37,632 nt of DNA, taken from contig RBNJ01000185.1 in NCBI GenBank assembly GCA_003990765.1, positions 1 to 37,632 of the forward strand. The letters are read 5' to 3'. Within the stretch, counting starts at the first letter, position 1; every line of letters begins with the position of its first letter. Under the pieces are notes generated by a model that worked only from the letters and a program-made list of their open reading frames with translations, searched no databases and was not told where the DNA came from. Positions 13,601 through 23,300 of the stretch are shown one piece after another. Source of the DNA: Jimgerdemannia flammicorona. Taxonomy: Eukaryota. The translations under genes and the position numbers were made by a program.

Positions 13601-15850
13601 TCTGGTATGGTTCTCTGGTAGCTTGACTCCAATTCTAGTACTAAGTAGAGTGGTGGTCTGTGGTTTAAGGGTAGTATCTTGAATACTGGCAAGGTCCATC
13701 CCTATGGCTCCTTCAGTCTTGTATTCTGGGATCTTGGCTTTGAGGTAATTTGAGAGTGATGTCTGGTTCTTGTTCCTCCTCATCATCACTATCAGCTTGA
13801 AGCTCTGAGGGCTGGTCATCTTCTTTGGCTTTCCTTTTTGCTTCAGCAGCTTCTTGCTCATGCTTCTGTTGGTGGATTTTCCTGACTTCACTGATACAGG
13901 ACCAGCAGTCATTCAGGTGTTCAGAGCAGTATATCCTAGTATCATGGGGGCATCTTCCTTGAGGAGCATAGCCATCAATGATCTTGTTGTACTATGCTCA
14001 TCTGTGAGCTTGGATATCTTGTTCTTATTCTTGTTCACCAAGTACATAAAGACTTCTGTGTCCTCTTCATCTCTTTTCTCTATATCTGGTAGAACTCTTT
14101 TATGGACATTAATAGAGACTTATACCTTTCTTCCTCTATAGTTGATCTACATCTTCTGGGCATTGAGGTCAATGATGGCCTTAGCCTTGTGAAGTCATTG
14201 GTTGTCAATGAGGATGTCATAGTTGGTAGTACTTGTAACAATCACATCTACTGAAATGATAGCTCTTCCTATCTTGATGGAGACTTCTTGGATTTTGCTA
14301 AGAGGGGTAGCTTATATACTATCTGCTATAATATAGACCATCTTGGTGGACTCTTCAATGTCTCAGCCTAGGTGGTCAATTGCCTTCTTGCTTATGAGAT
14401 ATTCTCCAGTACTGATATCAATAATGGCATCAAAGATACAATCTTTGATCTGATATGGAGTATAGGCTGATGTTTTGTACTAGTCTTCAGATTTTTTGCC
14501 TGAGTCTTCTTGATCATCTTCTTATACATTGTGAGCTTCTATGATTTTGCATTCTTGGTTCTTGACAGTAGTTACAAGTCTTACTCTCAATTGCTATCTG
14601 AAGGTAGGGACTTTAGCTAGTTATCCAAAAGTAGCATTGACCTTCTGTTTCTTGAGGTCCTTATAGATATTATACTGGTAGATCTTGGTCTTATACAGCT
14701 TCTGTTTCTTCTTGCTTTCACTTTCTCCTAAGACTAGAGTAGTGTCTTCAATGATTTAGCAGATAGCTTCATCTAACTCCATATCTTGATCAATCTCCTC
14801 AAGTTGGGTCTTGCTTTGAATAGTAACAGCTGGGGTCTTCTTCAGTCTTCCAACTGGCTTGCTGTTGCTCTTCTTATCATAGGGCTTGAACTGGGTTCTA
14901 GTATCTTTAGTAATAGGGTAGAATTTGGGCTTTTCATAGTATTCTTCATCATCAGTATCACCAATATTCTTGATGACTACTGTATTGATTTGTTCTCTAG
15001 TTCTGGTAGCATTACTTGGTTGGGCTTTGTATCTTGTTTCAGTTATGTAACTCTTTGTATAGTGGCCTTCTTCTCTACATCTGAAGCATATGATATTGCA
15101 TTCTTCTGTAGCAGCTACAAATCTCTGTACTGGTCTCCTGTTGGTGCTTCGGACTTCTCTAACAACATTACCAAGGTGTGCAATTATCTTGGCAAACTGC
15201 TGGGCAAGTTCCTCCACTAGGTCAGCTTTGGTCATCTTGGAGATAGGTGGGAATAGTTGTCTGTTGATAGCTATAGTAAGTATAATACTGGTTGGCTTTG
15301 ATGGCTCCATATTGATGCCAGTTATTCTTTCTATTGAGTGTTTGGCAGAGTATCTGATAGTCCAATATCTCTGTATAAAGACTACTTTCTAATCAAGAGT
15401 CAGAGCAGCTGGGATAGACTGGATTACTAGGGCAATTTCATAGTAGACTTCTTTTAGGAAAATTGAATCAGCTATCCATTCCTTGAGAGTATTATCATAG
15501 TCAGCCAAGACAATCTGGTAGCAGATTTGGGTATAGAATGAGTTGGAATCTTTGCTAAGTCCCTAGCAGATATATAGTATTGAATTGATCTTTGAGAGCT
15601 TACTTAATCTCTTCAGTATAATATATAGTTCTGAAGAAGTTCTTCATATTGATAAGTTTGGCTATACCAGTATCAGCAATAGTGACTGCATTGAACTTGT
15701 CTCTAGTAGGTCCTCTGAGGCTAACTGGTAGAAGGGCCAATTGTATATCTATAGTGAGAGCTCATATAGTGGCAAATTATTCAAAGTCTTCAATGAAGGT
15801 CAGAATTAACTCTTCAGTAGTAAATCTATAGAATATAGAGAGACACATTT
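10640..15850 (-). pseudogene. Element B gag-pol pseudogene
   Basis: CFRCREEGHY knuckle (~15080), protease AIIDIST / YDILIDNQ*L, RT (LDLFSGFYQI, FGMYNAP, VYIDNVIIFS, FLGLASYYRRFI), RH (LQTDASAIGLGAVL, ANADVLSR), IN (KTTVYHPQGN, KLEPKWEE). Boundaries approximate. Confidence 0.9.
13358..13750 (-). pseudogene. dUTPase domain within element B pol (between protease and RT)
   Basis: Trimeric dUTPase motifs GAIGMDL, RSSLA, GGVIDLDYTG, RIDQML and REE*GFIST. Confidence 0.9.
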
Positions 15851-16051
15851 CTATCTTATCTTGAATTCTTGCAGAGAGTGACTCTTGTAGTCAGAGTAGT
15901 TATTGTGGTAGTTATTCATTTTTTAGCTTGAAAGTGAGAGATTTGTCTTGAATTACTAGCTAATGAGTACTAAGTTATTACATAGTAGGTGCTGAGTTCT
16001 TCAAATAGTCAGATTCTCTTCAAGATATATCTCTTAGACTAACTACAAGTT

Positions 16052-17466
16052 TGTTATAAGCAAGTTCTTATTGAAGTGCCTTCTCAAGGTCTTATAGTCC
16101 TCAAACTTTTTATCTTTAAACTGTCTTATTATCTCTTAGATTGCTTGTATAGAATTGAGTATAAATGAACTAAGAGAACTAAGTGGACTGACTTTATTTC
16201 AAAGAAGTATTTATATATAATATAATTAAGATATAAAGCTAAATATAAATTTCAATAATTAAATAAAATACTGAAATATAGAAAACTTCAGATATAAGTA
16301 CAAATTTGAGTACCTGTATAGATGGTTGTATAAGTTCAGAATACTAGTAGATTTCAGTTGTACAAGAAAAGGATGTCAGAAGATTCAGATATTACAAAGA
16401 ACTTAGAGTAGAATGTTCAGAATTCTGGAGACTTCATCTTCATCACTGCTAGAGGTTGGGATATCCTTGAAGAAAATGAGATTGGTGAACATTTCTGTGA
16501 GTATTTCATTTATTTTACATATATCACTAATTAGCAGGATGATGGCATCATTAATGATATTATTATATTTAGCAATAGAGAGAGCAAGGAGATATGGGGC
16601 TCTCCAATCTACAATATTCTCTTCTACAAAATAAGAGACAAATGTGGAGTCTTGGAAAGGTCTAATCTGGATACTGGGGCCTTAGAATACTGAGATCAAT
16701 CCTTGCAGGAATTGATCTAGATTATTCTGGAGAATGGAATTCCAGAACTCTTCTATCTCATCACTATTGAGAGTGATGATTGATTGGGCTTCTGTGGCCA
16801 CTATGGCCTCTAGTGTATTTATGTGGTAGGCTGACAGTTTCTTGAAGTCTGAGACTCTAGTGTACTCCAAGTTGGGGATTGACCATAGTGTATACTTAAA
16901 GACCTGATGAATCTTCTTAGCTGTTCTTATTTTATATACATCCATAAGAGTGGTATCTTATATCTCTTGGGGACTGGCCTGAGGGAATTCCTGGCAGAGG
17001 AGGTTTCCTATTTCATATTCCTACCACATCCAGAGATATTTGGTAGTAGTGGTAATTCTTGTTTCTATTTTATAGCAGTAGAGAGTAAAGTGGTAGAGAT
17101 CACTAGTATCTAGATTGAGGCTAGAAGTTCTTCTAGTATAGGTCCTCATGGCTCTTCTGATGTCTTAAAACATTCTTTCTTGGACTGAGGGGCTTTGGTG
17201 GTTCCTGGACCTTGAGGTTTGGTAGGCAGCAGACATTTGTTTATAGTGAGTCTTGTTTGAGTTACAGCTGTTGCAGTTCCTTAGTCCTTCTTTTATATTT
17301 CTTGAGTCATCTATCTTGTAGTTATAATGACTCATAGTTGGTCATCATTACTCATCTTGTAGCCTGAGTGAGTTATGCTATATGATCTTCTTGTACTCTA
17401 ATCTGGTAGCTTATAAGGAAAGACTGTCTTCTGTGATAATATCACTATTCTGAGATTACTGTTACA
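16052..17466 (-). repeat. 5' LTR of element B (~1.4 kb; inner boundary tentative)
   Basis: Outer 150 bp matches the 3' LTR remnant. ORF followed by TATAAATA (16208-16215) and AATAAA (16193-16198) on the minus strand, the same layout as the element C LTR. Candidate CA end at 16052. Confidence 0.55.
16403..17236 (-). pseudogene. LTR(U3)-encoded ORF of family B (~277 codons, 4 internal TAA/TAG stops, no frameshift)
   Basis: MSAAYQTSR...LNLDTSDLYHF...MW*EYEIGNLLCQE...AKKIHQVFKYTLWSIPNL...LQNNLDQFLQGLISVF*GPSIQI. Includes track ORF 16682-16945; homologous to the element C LTR ORF. Confidence 0.8.
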
Positions 17467-17532
17467 CTATAAGATAAAAAGCTTCTCACTTTTATCCAAT
17501 CTCTATAATTATAGAGATATTTTCTTTTAGGT

Positions 17533-17594
17533 TCCCTTTCAATAAAAATCTGCGAGACTATGAGTCTATTAAAAAAAAAAAAAAAAAAAAAAAA
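17533..17594 (+). mobile_element. Extremely 5'-truncated LINE/SINE-type retroposed insert (38 nt + ~A24) with 20-bp TSD
   Basis: AGAGATATTTTCTTTT(A/T)GGT duplicated at 17513-17532 and 17595-17614; AATAAA at 17541; polyA tail. Confidence 0.8.
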
Positions 17595-17956
17595 AGAGAT
17601 ATTTTCTTTTTGGTAAAATATTTATCTTATGGATAAACTATCAAGTTCTCTAATATATTTAGACATAGTCAATTCTTACAGAAAGACAGATCTAATAGAT
17701 GTAGATCCTTGTATTCTTTGATGTTAAAATCAAGCATATTGCTGAAACTAAGAATAAAGTAGCATATATACTCTTCCAGAGTACTCAGAAAGATGACCTT
17801 ATTATAATTAGTAATATTATCACTAGTCTATTTGAAGAAATTAAGAAGATATATATCAAAGATATCAATATATAAGAAATTGCTAAATAAATTCTTAAAA
17901 AAGATAGCAATATTATGAAAAAGATCTATAAGAATGTATCTGTTCAAAATAGCTAT

Positions 17957-20305
17957 TGTGGCATTGGTTATATATAATAAACTTTGACTACACGGCTCAA
18001 TGCGTGCCACTTGGTGAAGTACGCGATGGATAACTGAAGGTTTTGGTGACGTTCGCGGGTCAATGGTCATGTGATCGGGTCATTCGATTTGTGCGGTAAT
18101 AATGGTGGAAGGTCGTTCAATTGTTCGTTGGCTTAGGACATCAATGGCTCAATTGTTTAGTAGAAAAGGGTGTTGTTGCTAACAGAGGGCGGTTACTTGG
18201 GTGTGCTGGTGGCGATAAACTTGATGGCGAACTTGAATTTATGCGGCGACAATGGGCTTGCTCTTTATGCGGTCAATTAAAGCAGGCGATGGTCTTGACT
18301 TTAAGTGGTTCGTGGCGCAGTAGGTCGGGAATCGGTCGACAGCTCGCTCATCCGTCTTGTTTAACTTGAAAGGTTCCAGGTGGTTGTTTGAGTATCTTGG
18401 CGGGTCTTAGGCTGCGGTCTTGTTTTGGCTGGGTATCCTTGGTTTCCTTAGTTTTCCGGGTCTTGAATCTTGGCAGTCGAATGGCGGCGATCGGGTAACA
18501 TTTTCTTTCCATGGCAAGAGAAAATTCTTTAACTCAAACTTCTGAGCAATCCATTGCTCTAGGTTGTTATCTTGTTCTCAGAATTTATCCAGTCTCTTAG
18601 AGGTAGTGAGGTTTCTCAGTAATCCTTTTTACTTTTAAACACAAGCTGACTGACTGAGGTTTATTCACTCTAAGAATATGGGTTATTTATACAAGTTTGC
18701 TAGCTATGGGGGGAGGGGGCGTGACTAAGGCTAAGGTATACTACGTGGTGGTGAACTTCGCTATGCTATTGGTTTGCACGATGCGAGGTGCAGGCTATTG
18801 TTTACTATGGATTGGGTTGTAGGGGATAGCAATGCTGGAAATGGTTGTGACAATTGTTTGCACCGAATAGGGATAAGATGGGTACTAGTGCTGGATATGG
18901 ATGTTGTGGGTGGTAATGCTGGATTTGGACTTGCTGACATGATATGATGATTGTTGCCAGAAACAGTTGTGGAGAGTGGCAATGCTAAAAATGGACTTGC
19001 TGACTAAAATGCTGAAAATGGTGGCACTGGATAGCAATGCTGGATTCGGACTTGCTGACTTTGCTGACATGAAGGTTGCACAATTCTTATGGCTGATGGG
19101 TGGTACTTCTAGAGGGAATAGTAGTACCCTTCATCCATGGCGGGCAAATCTTGCTGGGTTGCGATTTCTTCTTCATCATATCTCTCCTCAAAGGGGGGGA
19201 GTGCCGGCCAAGAGGTGAGGGAGTAGAAAAGTGGCCAGTCATCTTCAACAACATTCTCCAACCCTTGAACAGCTTGAATGCAGACAGAGGACTGGTAGAC
19301 TCTCTGTTGCTCCTCTTCTTCTTCTGGAGACTTGTCAGTTTCAGTATCAGAGGGGGTTTCTTCAGGGGCAGGGTCTTGGAGTTCTTGGGCTTCCTCTTTA
19401 AAGATGGGGACCTCTTGGGCTTCTTCTTGATTCAGTTCCCAAATGATAAGATGTGAATTGTGGCTGACAGGGTGGTGGGTGGTTGGGGTAGCTCCAATGG
19501 GTGCTTTTATGGTAATGAGCGGTCCTTCAAATATCTCCATAAGACTCATTAGATGACCTTGATGGTTGTCTTGGAGTGGGGTGGTGTGGAAACCTGGCTG
19601 AGTAGGTTCGGTTTGTTGACTTCCTACGGCGACGCAGTTGCTGCCAATAGAGTTGGCTACTTCAGATTCTATCCAGTCAGCATCTTCAGTTGAAAGGCGG
19701 GAGAGGCTGCCAGCTGTTACTCCTTGCAGATGTGCTATAGCCCAGAGAATATGGTGGAAGATTTGATGGACATAGAGGGCTCTCTTGATTAGCTGGCTGG
19801 TGGTTAACATTTTGGTAATGAGATCTTCCCGGTCATCTTCTTGAGTCTCTTTGCAAAGGTGGTATCTGATTTCGTAGTCATGCCAGAGGGTCATTTGTTC
19901 AGTAGTGTCTTTGAGCTGTTGGGTCATTATATACCAGTAGTTGATAAAGTATCCAAGGTCCTCAGTGTAGAAGTTCAAGTGTTCAGAAGTATCTGGTCGC
20001 CAGATGGCCTTCTTGATAGCTTCAAAGATCAGGGTCTTTGGGCCAGGCAAAGGGGTAGAGCGGCAGGAGGTCTGGTTGGATCAGCAAATGGGAGGCATTG
20101 TGTGGTGGGTACTTGGTTCTTTGGTGCTGATCCCTGAGGCGGAGTATGGTTCCTTAAATAACGTGGTCTTCATTTTGGCTCAAATCATCTTGTCTTCTTT
20201 TGGAATGATCACCTAATGGGTCAGGCTGTCTATTTGATTGTCACGCCATTATGTTGTCTGATCTTAGCAGTCACCGGTACTCCATTGTCAATTGCATACG
20301 TCACA
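17957..20305 (-). repeat. 3' LTR of element C (2349 bp); TATAAATA 18684-18691, AATAAA 18660-18665
   Basis: Direct repeat of 28189-30541. Confidence 0.95.
19109..20173 (-). pseudogene. LTR(U3)-encoded ORF of family C, 3' LTR copy (354 aa; one early TGA; 313 aa still open)
   Basis: Track ORF 19109-20050 extends in frame to ATG 20173 (or 20098) through one TGA that is CGA in the other LTR. Helical-looking N-terminal domain, acidic C-terminal tail. Confidence 0.8.
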
Positions 20306-20316
20306 TCTGCCCCTTG
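20306..20316 (-). promoter_or_regulatory. Polypurine tract of element C
   Basis: CAAGGGGCAGA directly before TGTGACG (3' LTR start) on the minus strand. Confidence 0.65.
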
Positions 20317-20366
20317 CGAAATTAGAGCCGTCCTCGGCAGTGAAGGTTACACAGAGTTGGGTGGTC

Positions 20367-23300
20367 TTAACTCCAGGGATGAGCAGAATGCTGGCGCATT
20401 TGTAAGGACTGGCCATCCTTGTCTAGGGCGAGGGCTCCCATAGTCGCGGCTGGGGGTTTGAACCCATCAGAAATAGTATTACTTGTAATCCGAGGCAATT
20501 TCTTAGTAACAATGTCTGTCACGTAGATGGGCTTGAGTCTGGTTTCAACGTTGTTGGCTTTCTTGAGTTCCAAGTGAAACATCTGTCATATCTCCAGCTG
20601 AGGCGACACAGACAGAGTAAACAGGATTGTTCAAATGCATTTTGCTTCTCTTGAGTAGTAGAGTCTTATGCGGTTACGATGTATCTGGGTCTTGAGTATA
20701 ACTCCATCCAAGGTCTTGAGTTGATAAGTGTGATTCGCGAATACTTGGTGTATGAGATAGGGGCCTTCCCATTTTGGTTCAAGCTTGGCACTCCAATTTT
20801 CTTCTATGATGGTACGATACACCAGAACCTTTTGCCCAATGAGCAGGGGTTTGAGGTCGGCTTTGCGGTCATAGTACTTCTTTTGGCATTCTTGTGCCTT
20901 GGTGATAAATCTTCGTGCTTGCTGGCATATGTCGTATAACCAGGTGATCTCTTCTGTGACTCGTTTTGACAAATCTAGCTGGACTGGTTCAGTAGGATCT
21001 TGTGCTTCTCAGCCATACACCAAGTAGAAGGGGGTCTGTTGGGTAGCAGTTGCCTTAGAGGTACAGATGCTGAACAGAATTGCTGGTAGATAGATATCCC
21101 AGTTTAGTTGATCTCTCGTTCTACTGAGACCTCACTTGATGGTCTGGTTCATTCATTCAGTAAGTCCATTCGCCTGTGGGTGATAGGCCATTGTTGGTCG
21201 TAGCTTGATCTTGAAGTTGCTCGCAAAGGTCTTCATGGCTTGGTTGACAAATTCTCAGCCTTGGTCTGTAATGATTTCCTTGGGCACACTATGGCGGCTG
21301 AAAATTTCATCATACAGGATCCCAATAATTATCTGAGTATCAGCAGTCTCAATGGCAAAGGCTTTTGGCCATTTTGTCAGGTAGTCTTCGATAGTGAGAA
21401 TGTAGCGTCTTCCCTGGCTGGTTACTGGTAGAGGTCCAATAATGTCTATTCCCAGTCTTTGAAAGGCTCCAGCTGGTGCTGCGATTGGTATCAATGGTGC
21501 TCTGTCGGTAGGCTTTTGTCGGTATCTTTGGCAGGTATCACATTGTTGAATGTGTGTTGAAATTTGTTTTCTCATCTTGGGCCACCAGTATCACTTCTTG
21601 ATTCTTGCAATTGTGGCACCAATTCCTCAGTATGCATTTTGGTCATGATTTGTTGTCAGGATCTTCAATATTTCTTCTTCTGTTGGAACTCAGGTGTACT
21701 GCTCTCCTTCTACTCTCTAAAGTTTTCCATCGCCTTCTTGGAATTTCTTATAATTCCTTTGGATAAACAACTTGTGGGCTGGTTGGATTTCTTTCTTGAA
21801 GCTTCTATGGTGCAGACTCCAGATAAGGGCGAGGCACAATTCTTAGTTCATTTGGGTGAGCGGGAAGTAGCCTTCTCTCATGGGGGCTCCTTCCCTTCTT
21901 GTTGGTTTTGCGGGATTCTTAACAGAGTATTGACATTGGAATTCTTAGCACCTTTCTTATAGACAATAGTGAACTGATATTCTTGCAAAGACATGATCCA
22001 TCTAGTGAAGATTCCTGAGGGCTCCAGCTTATTGAACAACCATTGTAGAGCTTGATGGTCAGTGATGAGGGCAAATCTCTTTCCCAAGAGATAGTGTCGG
22101 AAGTGGTCTACAGCTCAAACTACTGCTAGGCATTCCAACTTAGTGGCTCCATAGTTTGCTTGTGTTTCATTTGTGGCCTTGCTAGCATATTCAATAACAT
22201 GCTCCCTCTTCTCATCATCTTGCTGAGACAGAATTGATCCAAGTCCTAAGGCTGAGGCATTAGTTGCCAGGATGAATGGTTTGCCAAAGTCTGATCGCAC
22301 CAGGACAGGGACTTCAGTAAGGGCCTTCTTGAGTAGGTCGAATGACTTTTGTTGTTCTTCTTTCCAGTAGAATGGTTGGTCCTTCTTGGAGATATCTCAG
22401 AGAGGTGCTGCCTTATCTGAAAACCTTGGGATGAATCGTCGATAGTAGAATGCCAGCATAAGGAAGGATAGGGTCTCTTTTGCTGAGGTCGGGGTTGGGT
22501 AGTTCTTGACTTTCTCCACCTTGCGGGAGTCGGCATGTATTCCTTGAGCTGAGACAACGTATCCCAGATATTCGACTTGATGTTTTCTGAAGAAGCACTT
22601 CTTGGCATTGAGTCTGAGTTCTGAATTTCGAATGGTATTGAATACTTCGTGGAGGTCTTGCAAATGTTGCTTGAATGTCTCAGAGTAGATGATTACATCA
22701 TCTATGTACACCAGTACATTTCTTCCAATGAGGTCCTGGTAGACATAGTTTATCATTCATTAGAATGAGGCGGGTATATTGCAGAGTCCAAAGGGCATTC
22801 ATAGGTATTTGTACTGTCCTCGTCTGGTGATGAAGGCCATCTTGCAGATATCTTCTTTGGCAATAGGTATTACTTGGAATCCTTGGAATTGATTGGTAGT
22901 AATCATGTACTTGGCTTTTCCAAGAGCATTGATGAGGTCATCAATTCTCAGCAGTGGGTAGGCATCTTCTGTGGTGACTTTGTTGAGTTTTCTAAAGTCC
23001 ACGACTAATCTCCATCCTCCTTTCTTTGGTACTATGATTGCTGGTGAAGCCCAGGGGCTTAATGATGGTCTGATGACTCTATTTCATAGCATTTCATCTA
23101 TGTGTTGTTGTTCAAATTCAATCAGATGATATGGTGTTTGGTAGGGTCATTGTCGGATCGGTCTCGCATCTCCAGTATATATAGGGTGTTCTCCGTATTG
23201 GTATGGTGGGAAGTTATCATATGTGGTGGTAAATATATCTTTGTACTCCTCTATCAACTCCTGTATCTGTTGTTGCTGATCCTTGGTTAGAGTTGTCTCG

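Larger units (their letters stand above)
10128..17466 (-). mobile_element. Element B: old dUTPase-encoding Ty3/gypsy LTR retrotransposon, 3' LTR truncated
   Basis: gag(ZnK)-PR-dUTPase-RT-RH-IN fragments on the minus strand. Direct repeat 10128-10278 / ~17316-17466, both ending GTTACA. PPT AGGAGAAAGA at 10279-10288. Confidence 0.9.

Noticed and set aside
19109..20173. LTR ORF as an env gene
   Set aside because: No signal peptide, furin site or transmembrane anchor visible, and it lies inside the LTR.
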